NCBI GenBank assembly: GCA_964016885.1
Contig: OZ024740.1
Location: 189,720,001-189,784,000 of the forward strand
Direction: 5' to 3'
DNA: 64,000 nucleotides
Source of the DNA: Eledone cirrhosa
Taxonomy: Eukaryota
Every line of letters starts with the position of its first letter. Within the stretch, counting starts at the first letter, position 1. Below are positions 15,293-31,923 of this stretch, piece after piece. Below the pieces are notes generated by a model. That model did no database searches and had not been told where the DNA came from. It worked only from the letters and a program-made list of their open reading frames with translations. Made by a program: the position numbers and the translations under genes.

Positions 15293-15622
15293 ATATATAT
15301 ATATTTATATATATATCCATACATAAAGCTGATTATGCCCCTATATTCCACCTCAACTGCTTTGTTGCTTGTGATACTTTTCATAAAAGCTAAAAATACT
15401 TTGATATCACAATAGTGTTAGTCGCATACATCGTGCTTCGTTGTTTAAATCTCACCTTCAAAATCGACATAAGTGGCATGTGACTTCAAGGCATACGGAA
15501 GATGTGAGAGTCGTGTCCTACAGGCAATTATGCCAACATTTATTTGCCTCGAATGTTACATCCCTGATGTATTTTCAAATAATGTAATTTGTAGTAACAG
15601 TGTAGGCGTTGTGATACTTTGC

Positions 15623-15688
<66 letters not shown>

Positions 15689-15884
15689 TTTGTATGAATG
15701 TTTGTATGGATATGGATATAATACATGTTTATTTATGTATGTGGTTTTAACTCGTTTTCTCCACACTTCTGAAATCCATCTCCAAATCTCATCGTAGATT
15801 GCATAACACCCCGATTTCTGGTCCTCTCATTCTTCGTACCGCAGATACACGCACACACACATACCCTACCACATAAAAAAAAAA

Positions 15885-16072
15885 TTGTTTCTATTTTTGG
15901 CACAATGCATCAATTACCCATTACATTACTGGTACTTTATTTTATCGACCCTGTAACGACGAAAGGCAAAGTTAACCTGGGCAGGATTTGGACTCAGATC
16001 CTAAAGGGCCGTAACTCTATGCTGCAAAGCATGGCGTCCGACCCTCTACTCATAGTGTCAATCCACCGCCCT
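15885..16072 (-). mobile_element. tRNA-derived SINE with Nin/Deu-type central domain
   Basis: Reverse complement has a tRNA-like head plus ttgcctttc..ggggtcgataaaataaagtaccagt; several copies in the window. Confidence 0.75.
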
Positions 16073-16099
16073 ACAAATACATACACAAATAATACACAC

Positions 16100-16149
<50 letters not shown>

Positions 16150-16604
16150 ATTAAAATTGAGTTAGAGAATAATAGTGATCATATAACACCAGGTATGTTA
16201 AAAAGAAATCAATAGCCGGTATGTGATTCATTAGCATACACTCGCCTGCCTATCATATAAGGAGGGTGTCATGCAGGAGATTGTTAAGTGTGTGACAGTA
16301 ATGATGGCTCAGCTCGAGATTTATTTCCATTAAGAGATCTATGTCCTCCTCATATATGAAATATATTTAAACGTTTGTGAAATCGGTCTGGAAAATCGGC
16401 TCGTTATGAAAGAACTATCAGACAATGTCACAATAGTTCAGAAGCCTAAAGACGAATTCTCGATATTCACTTATAACAAGAATGAGTGCTGAGAAACTTG
16501 GGCAGAATGTTAGGTTACAATTAAAGCGACCTAAGTGATCATAAACATATATATATACAAACACACGCACTCCCCCATACATAAGTATGTAGGTCTGTCT
16601 CTCG

Positions 16605-16642
<38 letters not shown>

Positions 16643-16648
<6 letters not shown>

Positions 16649-17196
16649 ATACTTGGGAAGGGTCATATTTGTGTGATATTGCCAGAATTAATAACAGAAC
16701 ACACTCACTGTTTGGTTGGTTTTCGCTTTTCGCTTCTGTGTCTTTTATATCGGTAATCTAATATACTCGGTCCTCAATGTTGCAATTGACTGACCGACGG
16801 TCAAAAATAATACAGATACAATATAGACACAAACACATATATATAGTTTATCATAAATATTTCGTTGCACATCAACAGAAGGAAACAATAGCAACACTGA
16901 TGATGTTGCAGATGTGCAACGAAAGATGTATGATAAACTATATATATATGGTTGTGTCTATATTGTATCTGTATTATTTTTGACCGTCGGTCAGTCAATG
17001 GCAACATTGAGGACCGAGTATATTAGATTACCGACATAAAAGACACAGAAGCGAAAAGCGAAAACCAACCAAACAGTGAGTGTGTTCTGTCATTAATTCT
17101 GGCAATATCACACAAATATGACCTCCCCAAGTATAACAATATTTGTTTCGACACACGATTTCATATAAAAAACCTCGCGAAACTAGTTCATCGCCG

Positions 17197-17250
<54 letters not shown>

Positions 17251-17410
17251 CTTTGCGAGGTTTTTGATATGAAATCGTGTGTCAAAACTAATATTGTTAT
17301 ACTTGGGGAGGGTTGTTGTAATAATTTTGCCAGAATTAATAACAGAACACACTCATTGTTATTAATTATGGTAATATTATTACAACACTATGACACTCCC
17401 CAAGTATAAT
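16643..17410. repeat. Palindromic cluster of PLE pseudo-LTR copies (family of 29260-29550); degenerate HHR family D at ~16893-16934
   Basis: Arms 16643-16873 and 16911-17140 are reverse complements; contains CTGATGAt-gttgca-gatg-tgcaac-GAAA. Confidence 0.85.
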
Positions 17411-18289
17411 ATATACATATATATATATATAATAATATTTTTCTTAAGCGAATGTCGCTGTCATAGATATTCAATGTATCTAATTTGATGTTCATGTGGC
17501 ACTCAGTAGAGTAGAGTAAATTTCAGGCATAACTTATCTTCCTTTACTTCTCACAGAGAGCATTATCATGGTGAACGTAAAATCAACAAAAACGACAAAA
17601 CCGCCCCCGATTTATCATCTCAATGTCTGATTTTCGACATTCCTTGATGGTCACCTTTACAAAAGTAATAGGTGTGGCTTCCGTATCAACTAGGAATATA
17701 TTTATATATATATATTTATATAAATATATATGATAGCTGCAACTCGATTTCAAGTAATGCACCGCTTGATACTTAAGCATGAGATTATCTGACGTGGCTT
17801 TTTAGTCCTGCTTGGAACTTGCCTATGGCCAGCAATGCCATGCATCGCAAAAAATATCACATATCAAGCGATGCCTGTGACTGAAGCTTTTTGGAGTGAG
17901 GAAAGGATTTGCTGGCGGCCAATCCCATACTCTGAACCTCGAGTGCTTTTACTCAAACAGTAGAAATGGCTTACATCGATGGATGCAAAAAAGTTACCTT
18001 CACCTAGAAAGATGTTTTAATAAAGATTAGGAATCCCTCGTTCCACAATAGAAAAAAAAATTATTGTATGGCCGTTTACTCTCCTGAGTTCCTTCAACCT
18101 TTGAAGTGTTTTCTTTTTCATCCCGCAGAGTCTCCAAAATCACCCTCCTCACCAGGCAAGCGCTGTGGGGCTGGCGGTTTATCGCCAACCATCGGCAATG
18201 CACAGCTTGTACAGGTTTACATGCTAACAGAGGCGTGGGAGTATAAACAAAATACCCCCATGCCCCTCCCGCTGTATAGGTGTCACGAC

Positions 18290-18520
18290 AAAAAGCACCC
18301 AGCCCACACTGTAAAGTGGTTGTGTAGGGGCCACGGTAAAAAGGCACCCAGTACTCACTGTAAATGAGGTTGGCGTTAGGAAGGGCATCCAGCTGTAGAC
18401 ACCAAGCCACAATCAGTCCTGTATGAGAAAGAAACAGTCACCTGACTTGGCATTGCCGACAACAGGACAACCCGTCTGACACATGCTAGCGTGGAGACAT
18501 TCCTTTCTGTTCCAACACAA
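18290..18520 (+). mobile_element. SINE fragment with V/Meta-like domain and RTE-like tail
   Basis: ggttggcgttaggaagggcatccagctgta ... ccgtctgacacatgctagcgtgga. Confidence 0.55.
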
Positions 18521-18534
18521 CGTCTTCCAGATCA

Positions 18535-18578
18535 TTCTTCTTCTTCTTCTTCTTCTTCTTCTTCTTCTTCTTCTTCTT

Positions 18579-18612
<34 letters not shown>

Positions 18613-18780
18613 GGGTGATGGTCTGATTCTGTTGCACCGTTTGACACCACCACCTGCTCTTGGCTGTTTTAGCAGAATCTACTTTATTGAAAGCATTCAG
18701 ATCTCTTTTCTGGTTTGAGGATACCGTCCTCCGTAACTGTAACCTGGAAGGTCTTGAAAAGTACCTTGAGCTTGAATTCT
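18535..18780 (-). mobile_element. Degenerate RTE-like LINE 3' end with (GAA)n tail
   Basis: (TTC)n at 18535-18608 follows an RTE-like C-terminal remnant on the minus strand. Confidence 0.35.
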
Positions 18781-19039
18781 CTCTAGCATATACATGAATA
18801 ATCATTTAGTCGCAATTGCTTTTCTGTTTAAAAACATAGTAAAATAATGTTGCAGCCCTGAATAAAATGCTCTTTTTTTTCTGAATTCAAATTCTACTAA
18901 GATCAGCTTTGAGTTTCATCCTTCCGGGATGGCTAAAATAGTGTATCTCTAAAGTACGGTGTTCCATTAATTTCTGACTTTCACCCTATATTAGTAATTA
19001 TATATATGTCACATAAATATATTGAGATGTTCTTGGGGA

Positions 19040-19330
19040 ACTAATTCCTCAACATTTGGAATGATAGTTCCGAGACGAAACATTACATTTTTCACATTAA
19101 TATCCTCGTGTGCAACCAATGATCAAAAGAAAATATTTTTGGTATGTTCACATGTTTTTGCGCGAATTGGAGATGATACGATAAGTTACACTTGTTTATC
19201 AAAGACTTGTTTTGACAAATTCTTTTCTTTTTACTTTGCATTACTGAGATCAACTTGCGTTATTCTTCATGACACTGACTCATCCGGATCAATTGATGAT
19301 AGTTGCTTCTGACTCGACCCATTGACTCTC
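19040..19330 (-). pseudogene. Possible Tc1-like transposase fragment
   Basis: Minus-strand translation RICQNKSLINKCNLSYHLQFAQKHVN resembles Tc1 KKPLL..N...RL.FA..H. Confidence 0.35.
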
Positions 19331-19384
19331 CAAGTATTAAATGGGCAAAGGAAAATGAGAGATAGAAATAGATAGAAGGAAAGG

Positions 19385-19418
<34 letters not shown>

Positions 19419-19464
19419 ATGTGCGTGTGAGACTAGCCTTTATAAAACAACTTTCATTCAGACT

Positions 19465-19855
19465 GGTAGATTGGCAGTATAGATAGCGCGTCGAATAACA
19501 TGTTTTGAAACATACAGTTACGACCCTTTACAGTCTGAGTTCAAATCCGCCGATGTTAGCATTGCATTGATCCTTACGCGATCGGTTGAGGTAACAAAAT
19601 ATCAGTAGCCCACTGGGTCGATTTAATCAACCCTCTCCTACTCCCAAATTGTTGACTTTGTCGCAATCAGAAACCATCTTTACTCATGACATTAGGGCTA
19701 TGGATTGGCAGTATAGATTGTGCATGGAAGAACATGCTTTGCAACGTAAACTTACGGCCCTTTACACTCTGAATTCAAATTCCGCTGAGTTTAGCTTTGT
19801 CTTTCAACCTTACGGGGTCGATAAAATAAAGTACCAGTAATATACTGGGGTAGTT
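19465..19855 (+). mobile_element. Two adjacent degenerate Nin/Deu-type SINEs (~19465-19640 and ~19695-19855)
   Basis: B-box-like ctgagttcaaatcc and the ggggtcgataaaataaagtaccagt core. Confidence 0.65.
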
Positions 19856-22800
19856 GAAATGAACGTTTCTTTTATTTTCATATTGCTGGCTTCATATCTA
19901 AAGAAGAAAATAATTATTCATGGCATTTGCCTTTGCAAAATAATTACACATATTATATTGAGAATGAAGACATAGTAAAGATTAATTGGTAGAAGGCAGA
20001 CCTGCAATTAATTCTCTAGCTTAGATTTGCGTTTAAGTGTTGATAAAACTTGTACCAGGGTAGTACTGTCCTTGTTTTAATCTAAAATATTTAAAGCTCT
20101 GCATTTGTTAATAATAAATAACTGGTCTCACGGTACCTTTATTCTGCAGCCACGCTGTAAAATTGATGGAAAGTCACGTATTTTTATGAGTTTTCAACTT
20201 ACAATAGGGCTCGTAACTCATTCCATCAATCCTTATTACAAAGACTCAAAGCCAGAAGCCCAAATCAATTATTTGGAAATAATATAAACAGATAAAAGGA
20301 AACTTTTAAACACATAAAATATGCCTGCTTTTGTTGTTAACAGAACTGGATGTGAAACAAGCACGTAACGTGACTCATTTTAAACTTGACGAGGGTTTCT
20401 TTATCATCGAACACTGAGAAAATACAGCGCCATAATTTCAGTGAGCAGAAAATTGCAATGAGGGAAATGATGTTAAAACGTGCTAACACATTCACCCTTA
20501 GCCTCAATTCAATTTAATCTTCGGCGTGTGATCAGATCTACATTCATCTTTCTTCCGGATGGAAAGAAAAAAGAGTTTTATTCTGATTCATGCATATAAT
20601 TAATAACCTGCTGAGCATTCACGAATTTAGAATTTCCTGAATGTAGGACATTATTGAAGTGTATCTATTTCTACTCATTGTATCTCATGATTGAATTCGT
20701 TTCCCTTATTCTTTATATTTAGAATCATGTTTCCAATAACCCGCAGCCAATTAATGCATTGATCATCTTCTGATTGTTATGCGTATTTTTATTTGACAAA
20801 TGCAATGTTGTCTTCAAATTATGAATTATGCAATGCTTATGCAAAGGCTATGCAAGTGTTATATGAGGTTGGTTATTGCTCTGCAATTTACGATATTGCA
20901 TTTGATTTACAGGATGAATTCACTGCTATTAATATTTTCAAATATATATATTTCGGTGTTATTCGGATGGTATATCCTATTTCTTGGTTTAGCTCGGGAG
21001 GGTGTGACTTTGTTCATGAACTTTACACGCCTTGCAATACTAGATTATATTAATGCAATTGATGTTCTGATTCAATACCCGCAATTCAACATCTATCGGA
21101 AGAATTTGGGAAAGAAAGGAAACGCCAGTGTCTCGACGGAGATAAGGAATTAGGCTGGGGTTTGAGATGAAAGACACACACTGAGTAACGAGAGGAGGTG
21201 GCATGGGCATGACGGGTGTATTTAGGGGGAGTTAGTAGAAAACTGTTAAACTCCTAATGAGCAAGGACTGTTCTAGAAACGGAATATTGTCTGTGGACTC
21301 GGGATTGAAAACAACGAGTGGGAGAGAAGAGGGGAATGAAGAAATCGTGAAGTTGTTATTTCAGAGTATTTTGTAGGAGAGATGAAATAATATATTACAC
21401 AGCAAAAGTTATTACCTGTAATACTCCACAGACAATATCATTTGTTTTTTTAATAATTACCTTTTATGGGGATGTTTATCTTTAGATACGTTTTATAAGT
21501 TAACCATGAAAAGATGATATACAGTGTCCATAAACCTTTCAGGCTATCTCAGACGTGTAACAATGGCATGGATAATGTGTAACCTTACCGTCTACAATTC
21601 CGTATCTTCATAATAAGCTTCATAATAAAACATCTGTTACCTATATTTGCAATGCAGTGAATTTAGTTAAAGGTAATTAGACACATGATGGAGCTATTAA
21701 AATAGACAACTTGATAATGTTAATCCTGATGTCTGTTAATTTAAATCAAAGTTAATTTAAACATAATGACTCGTAGAAACTATATGTATATGTAAATAAA
21801 GTAGTATAGTTAACAGAACGCACTATGAAATATGTAATAAAAGACTAATAAGTTTTAGAAAGCCGGTATAGAGCGGTAGAAAGGGAAAATAATGATATTG
21901 AATAAAGCAAATTAATGACGTGTTACGTCAAGGTTATTACTCTATTTCGAAATGCGAAAAGAAAACGGTTCAAAACGTAAACGAACGATCGAAGAGAAGA
22001 ACACATCGATCAATCGTTTTTGTTTCACATTTTAAAAGTGGGTATTATCCCTGAAATATCATGCTGAGATATACTGAGTAAAACATTACTTTGTTTTCTT
22101 TCATTTGTCATCATTTTCCCTTTAATCTAGTACATTCTCTCGGCTTTCTGAAGCTTACATGTCATTTATTATATATCTATATGTTTAAATATGATCTCGT
22201 ACCTATTTATCTCCTTCACTCTTTAATGTTTGTACACACTGATAGTTGTAAAATAAAACATTTGAAATATTCTCCGGGTTTCAAATGTCTCTCGAGCTAC
22301 TTAATAATTCTATGAAGATGTTCTGCATTAATGAGTTTGTACAAGTAAGTCTTGTCGATTAAACTTTCACTAATATACATTTTAGTACGTGGTAAATACA
22401 CTAATAACATTTTAGTGTTTCATGCAGACATTTTGTGATCTCAGTAGACAAAATGACAAATGCGTACACACCGAAAACTGAGGCGATAGTTGATTTGTAG
22501 CATGAGAGAACCGGTTGTTTCCAACACTATATGTTCGAAGAGAATACTATTGGTTAACAACCGTGATTTGGCAGCTTGTGAACATTGGCAAAGGCTACAT
22601 AAAATTAATATGTGTAATCTTATTTTTCTTATATATCTCAATAATGAATGTCGGATAGATTATTGAAAGGTAATAATATATTAATAAAACAAGCAAAAAA
22701 AAAACAAGGCATATTACATAATATATTTTTCCTCTCTAAGTATATTCCCTTATTTGACGACTGTCAGTAGACTGTATCTTCAAAAGGCTGTATTTAGAAT

Positions 22801-23464
22801 AATAGCTATGATATGTAAAAGAGAAAACATAAAAGAAGTTAGATATCTCATAATGTACAAAATAAATATTTTAGAAAGGAAGGAAAAGAATGCAACATGT
22901 TACTGATACAATTTTATGGTTGAAATGAGAATGAAACTTACACAGTTTGATATATGAAACTTTTGTTACTTAAATACTCTGCAAATTCAACGTTGAATAG
23001 CCTTTCATGCATATGAAAACCGAATTCCATATACATTCTTCCATTTTCTGTGTTTCAGTAAATGTAACAAAGGGAAACGAAATCTGAAGTTTTCTGGTGA
23101 ATTCTATACGCCCAATAAGAAGCGTGGCTTAGGCGAAACCTTCTGAAATATATATTGCAATGACATATGTATCAGCTCAGCCATAAGTAATTCCACATGT
23201 GGATACGTTTCATATTTCTGCTTAAACCAATCGTGTTATGCACGAGCCGATGCCATGTCCTTTGCTTTCCCAAACCATTTCAGCAAACACACACGCAAAC
23301 ACATACATATGTACAGGCACACAAGAACATAAACATATATACCCTTATATATACACATATGCTTACAAATATCAATACACTACTAATATGGTTGTATGTA
23401 CACACAAACACAAATATATATACAAACACACACACACACACAAATACACACAAACACACACACA

Positions 23465-24906
<1,442 letters not shown>

Positions 24907-26191
24907 ATATATATTTATGTATAATATTCTCAGAATCTGGTGACCAATAACAAGATTAAAATCTTGCGAAAAATCCCTTTGTTTATATCAATGCTGCAAC
25001 TAGTTCAGACACGAAAAAAGAACAATTTGATTATCTCACTCTCCTCCTGAAAATATATATATAAGATAATGCATTACACTTAAATGCAAATTAAGTTAAA
25101 GGCTTATGCGGCTGTCAGATTATCCAAATGCCAGAAAGTAGAAATAATTTCACCACAAGCTCTTAGTTAAATACTGACTTTATAATTATGACTGGAGGTA
25201 TTTAGTAATCTCCAGAAATTTTATTAACTGCATAAAAGCTAACATTTCGTGTATTATTCTCCATTTGTATTACGATTAATATTGTTCTCAAGTGTACATG
25301 TGCATTGAGATTTAATAATGCATACCATTCTAATCAAATACACCATTTACCACCAAGTGAAGACGACACATTTATAGCATTTTCCTAGATCGAATTAAAA
25401 ACGGTGAATACTAAAAGTGATAACAAAACCAATCAATATGACAAATTCACATATCTACCAAAAGTAACAACATCTATATTAGAAATATCAACAATGTGAA
25501 TAAGTTTGTATTTGAAAGAATATTTATAGAACATGGATCTTACGTCGGCTTCAACAATCCCTGAGATATTGTTCGATCAAATGAAATAATTATTCATTGA
25601 ATTAGCTTTTAAGATACTGAAGATTTCACAGACATGCGTACGGGAAGCATAATCCTTAGAAAACGTCAACGTGACACAATATATAATATGGCTGGATCAT
25701 TGCATTCCGTATATAATCTACTCGATGTTTCCAGATAGTTTCCGTTTACCCATTTTCCTTCTCACGACTTGGGTCAGCCCATAGGTTTGGTAAAAATGGA
25801 ATGCCATATATTGACACCAAAGTGAGGGCCTAGTCAATGCGAAGCGTACTACAAATCATTATAGAACCATACAGGATACTTATAAATTCTAGTTAACGTA
25901 GCAGCACAAATGATAGCCTACTTACTTGTTACCATAAAAAACGTGAGAGTATGAAAATACAAAGCGATAATACTACCAAAATAAAGAAAGATTGCCGGCC
26001 AAATAAATTACCACCTTGTTTAGATTCACAATCTTTTAGCAATTACTTTCTTTTATTATTCCTTCAAACACGTATGCTATATAATAATTGAAGGAAATAT
26101 GATTAAGCTCCGTTATAAACAACGCCCCTGTGTGTAACTTATTGGAAAAGCAACGACGATCATTGTGAAATTTTATCTTAACATAAAAAAT

Positions 26192-26240
<49 letters not shown>
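26192..26240. repeat. (CTA)n microsatellite
   Basis: Direct reading. Confidence 0.95.
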
Positions 26241-26241
<1 letters not shown>

Positions 26242-27062
26242 GCTGCAGCATCTGTTGCTAGAGCTGCTGGCGCTGCTGTTTCTACGTTTAATGTTACTGC
26301 TGATGATTATATCAATTCATCTCAGGGATATTATTTAATTACGTTCTCCTCAAATATTTCCGCCCAAACAATTATTAATACGAATAATCAGCACATTCCT
26401 TCTTTCGTTTCCTACACATACAAACAAACAAACATACATACATATATACCTAGATACATACATATACGATATGAAGTTCGCAACTCGATTTTGAGTAGTG
26501 CTGTCGCTTGATACATAATCATGAGCACCACAGACGTGGACTTTTAGTCCTGCTAGGGATTTGACTATGGCCAACAATGCCATGCATCAAAAATGAATGC
26601 CACATATTAAGCTATACCTGTACTTGAAGCTTTTTTAAGTCAGGAAAGGCTTTCCAAGTGGCTAATTACACTATCTGAATATCGAATGAATTGGATGCAA
26701 ACGAAGTCGTAGGTTTTATATCAGAGTGGCCTTCTCTTAGAGAGATGTCTTACCGACGACTAGGAGTCTCATGTTGCAGAAAAAAACACACACACACACA
26801 CGTACACACACACACACACACACACATACCGTGTCAGATTTCTAGCGGGGCCCCATCAGAAGGGTGCCCTTTCGGCATGGGTGGGGCCTAGAAAGACAAA
26901 TGTGCCCTGGGACTGTGAAAATGTTCCTCCTGATTGGCTTTTTAGTTTTATCGTTTAGACACCCCAGAACAATTTTTTTAACAAAGAAATACTCAATGTG
27001 AATCCTATGTCTCATGCAAAAATATTGTGTATATGTGTATGTATGGGTGTATTTATAAAATG

Positions 27063-27094
<32 letters not shown>

Positions 27095-27096
27095 TA

Positions 27097-27212
<116 letters not shown>

Positions 27213-27269
27213 TTGTATGTGTATGTGTGTACGTGTGTGGATTGTGTGTATATGGGTATATTTATAATC

Positions 27270-29550
27270 AAGTTGTCCCCCAGATGTATGTGACAGTACA
27301 GATGACCTCCTCAGCAGAATAAATGAATGCAACAAAAACAAAGACCTATATAACTGCATAATATGCAGTATGGACGTGGTATGACTATACCCATCCATTA
27401 ACATTGATTTTGCTGTGGAAAAATGTGTGCAGATGATCAGTGAGAGTGAGGTGGAGTTCTGCAACGTCGACACAGACGAACTGGGCTTCCTACTTAGACT
27501 TACCTATGACAGCGAGTCCTTAGTCAGCCATGACCTTAGCCGTTTCTGCCCCAGTAGACCCATAAGAGGAAGACCCCCACCATAACCACATTGGCAAACA
27601 GGACTCCCATGGGAAGGTGGATTGGGTGGACCAAAACCATACGGACCCCCCAAAACAATGATCAGGTAAGAAAAATGGTCGCGCATGCAATAGGGGCTAG
27701 TATTGAAACTATCCTAAAGGGCCACATATTCAAATTCAACGAGAAGATCTACACCTAAAATGAGGGAGCAGCCATTGGCGGCAGCACAGCTGGTGACGTT
27801 GCATACCTTTTTATAGTATGGTGTGAAAGGAGACTGAAAGTTCTCCATAGACCTCATCATGTTCTCTCGCTACGTAGACTATATCAATATAGTAATAAGG
27901 ACATCCCCACAAGATAGTACTAACAAGTATGATTTAGAATGTAGCACGATGGAAAGCATCCAGCAGATAGCTAATTCCATACACCAGAGTATAACTGTAA
28001 CTATCGATTACCCTTCCAAACATCCTAACAGTAGACTACCTGTATTAGACACGGAACTCTTGGATTAACACTATAGACGAGAGGGCCCAAATTCTCCACT
28101 CACACTACGCTAAGCCCATGGCCTCCAAATACCTGATACTCAGCAACTCAGCACTGTCCAGTAGTGCTAAGTTTAATATTTTGATCGCAGATTTGGTACG
28201 AGTGATGAAGAACGTGTCCCGTATGTGCGACCCAACAGAAATAGAAAGACACATCCGACACTTCATGAACCGCATGCAGTTCTCCTGCTACAACCAAAGA
28301 GACAGATTCAGAGTGTACGAAGGAGCCACGGAGAAGTATAAAACCCTCATAGAACGGGACATGAAAGAAATTTGCCCATTATACAGGAGCAAATCATGGA
28401 ATAGCTTAGATAGGACTAAACATAAGATAGGGAAAGCCACCTCATAGTATGACAACAAGAGATATAAGAGTGTCATGTTCGTGGACGCTACCCCTGAAGG
28501 GAAATTAACTAACCAGTGTAGAAAGGCCCTGAGAAAGACCCACTTAAAGATTAAGGTGGTAGAAAAGCCAGGAACTACCATAACATCCCTGATCAGCAAA
28601 ACATACACTTTTAAGAAAACCCACTGTACTAATAGGAAATGTATTATATGTAAAGTAAACCCCCGGATAAACTGTTAAACATGAAACGTAGTCTATAGCA
28701 TAAGATGTACAGAGGGTACTTGCAGAAACATGAAAACGACATACATAATTGAGGCAGCTCGAAGCATAGGTGAAAGGATAGACCAACACTGGGGGTAACT
28801 AAAAGGACGAACATATTTTTCAGTACTGTATGAAGACGCCAGACAACAACATGACGGCAGCATAGACAACATAGAAATCAAAATAATATCGAAACGTAGA
28901 AATGACCCAGGAGATAGGCAAATCAGAGAGGCCAGTGAAATAGAACTTAGAAGGCAAAAGCTAAACAGAAAAAAGGAATGGAATAACAACAACACCCAAA
29001 CAAACAATATTGACCTAAGAGAAATATAAATAAATAAATAAATATATACACAAGCCCAATAACAACAAACACATATAAGCACACACTAGTAAACTAAGAT
29101 AGAATACAATAATCAAAACACAGTCACCCAAACGCGAACACACACCAAACATTATACACACACGCAATCGCATGCGCAGAGAAGAATACAAAAATAAATA
29201 AAGAAATAAATAAGAGAGAAAAAACTAAAGATGTATACAATACAACAGGAGGAAACATATTAACACCACTGACGATGTTGCAGATGTGCAACGAAAGAAC
29301 TGTGTTAGACTATATATATATATGTTTATATCTATATTATATCTGTATTTTTGACCGTTGGTCAGTCAATGGTAAACATTGAGGACGGAAGGAATTAACT
29401 CATATAAAAGATACAGAAGCGAAAACCAACCAAACAGTGGCTGTGTTCTGTTATTCATTCTGGCAATATTATTATAACAATATGACCCTCCCCAAGTATA
29501 ACAATATTGGTTTCGACTCACGATTTCATATCAACAAATTCATCGCCGTT
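27270..29550 (+). mobile_element. Degenerate 5'-truncated Penelope-like element (RT, GIY-YIG remnant, 3' pLTR with HHR family D at ~29262-29307)
   Basis: CSMDVV*LYPSI, HIFKFNEKIY, GAAIG, SRYVD, YPSKHPNSRLPVLD, MFVDATP, Cys linker CTNRKCIIC, VVYSIRC; many stops and frameshifts; CTGACGAt-gttgca-gatg-tgcaac-GAAA. Confidence 0.85.
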
Positions 29551-29632
29551 ATATATATATATTTATATATATATGTATATCATTTTATAAATACACCCAT
29601 ACACATACATAATACACACACACGCAAGCGCG

Positions 29633-29663
<31 letters not shown>

Positions 29664-30106
29664 TTATATATATATATATACACATATATGTGTATGTGTG
29701 CGCGATTGTGTGCGTTTTTAAATATATTCTTTGTAGACAATTGTCAAATTCCGTTGTTAGTTATAGGACATTTTGAACTGTGCTGTTTGAATGAATTGTA
29801 AAATTCATCTGTGTCTTCCTCTCTCTATATATATATTTATTTATGTTGTGTCTCCCAATGAGCTTTAAGACAGCAACATCACACAACAAAACAGTTACTA
29901 TTGAAAATGTAAGTACATTTTATCATGGTTCCCTCACAAAGATGTAAGTGAATTTGGCATGTGTATTTTTTCTTGATTCCGACTGTTTTTATATTATATT
30001 CCTGTTTACCCATAAATCACGTTGAAATAAGTATTACTTCAACTAAGGAAACATACACACAGAAAGACACACACAATCACACACACGCATATACACACAC
30101 ACAAAC

Positions 30107-30151
<45 letters not shown>

Positions 30152-30322
30152 GTGTGCGTGTGTGTATATGTATATACATATGGCATATGTTCTAAATCAC
30201 AAGTTGAAAGAATTGGCCAAATCTGCAATCCAATAAATGTTATACCAAATATCTATATTAAAAGTGTCATTATGCACACACGCTCACACACACACACACA
30301 GCACACCCACGCACACAACACA

Positions 30323-30428
<106 letters not shown>

Positions 30429-30528
30429 AAGTGGATATTGAGTTAAAATCTCACACTAATGATTAAGATACCTCAAGGAAAATATTTTCCGAGCCTTATA
30501 ATATAATATAATAAAGAGAGACAAAAAC

Positions 30529-30574
<46 letters not shown>

Positions 30575-31361
30575 TTAAGTCACAAGGGACGTAAACGGCT
30601 ATGGTGAAGAAAATACTAACTAAGGATAATACGGTCTGTTAGTCTCAATTAAAAGGATAAATAAAAATTCACACACCAACACTAAGACAGACAAAACTAT
30701 TCAGACTCATAGAGGCACACACACCCACACACACATACATACACATACACACTCACACACACTCACACATACACACATACACACACACACGCACACACAC
30801 ACACATACATACACACACACATACATGTATGTGTATATATATCATTCAAAATTACAAACCGAATTATGATAACTTTTAACATCCAGACAGCTTTTGGTAG
30901 AACTGTTGCACAATTAAGTGGAGAGAGTTACAATGTTCTTCAGTGGAAGTTCAGATTGGTAATCTCCTCACTTCTAAATTTCTTAGAAGACTAGATAATG
31001 CGCGTCTGTTCATAGAGAAAAACGCGCGTGGTATTCCGTGCCTAGCTGGTCGAGTGGAACGTAGGTTACTAAAAAATACTAGTCAGATTCACTCGACATG
31101 TAAAAGCTCGACAAAAGTTGACGAGTGTGTTTGAACGCATATATGTATATATCTGTGCTTGTCTCGACTTATTATATATATATATTAAATCAAATATTTT
31201 AAATATTTGACTTAATTATATTATTTTACATTACTCCGGAGTAGCCAGACCAACCTGCGTACTTCGTTGAGTGCTCCAATCTGCATACTGAGGTGTCGAT
31301 AAACAAGCAACATATACTCAATATATATATATATATATAAATATATATATATGGAAATGTA

Positions 31362-31417
<56 letters not shown>

Positions 31418-31696
31418 AATGTAGAATATATATATATACAATCCGTCCAACACATGCCTGTATGGAAACTGCACATAAAATGATGGTCGGCAGACTTTTT
31501 GCATTCAACATCTCTATGTTTACCTTGGCAATTCGAAATTACCTGCGCCATATCGACTTTGAAATGTAAACTTGTGTTCTTATTGTATACTTAAACTTTT
31601 GTATATTAGCCAACCCCACCCCCAATCCGGAATGCTCCGGACACCGCAAGTTCGAAATGAGGCGCTTCATAAACACAAACACACACATACATATAT

Positions 31697-31780
31697 ATAT
31701 GATTATGATTGGCACCTAAATTAACTATAGGGTCACATTGTGCCCCTATATTTAATTTAGGTGCCAATGATAATCATATA
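31697..31780. repeat. Near-perfect ~84 bp palindrome
   Basis: tatgattatgattggcacctaaattaactataggg...ccctatatttaatttaggtgccaatgataatcata. Confidence 0.85.
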
Positions 31781-31840
31781 TATATATGTGTTTGTGTACA
31801 GGGGAGCGAAAACCAACTAAACCCAAACAGTGCGTGTATG

Positions 31841-31923
<83 letters not shown>

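Noticed and set aside
21040-21350. Possible CR1/Jockey 3' remnants (also ~47330-47530) and an RTE-like remnant at ~53230-53590
   Set aside because: Too degenerate to support without a profile search
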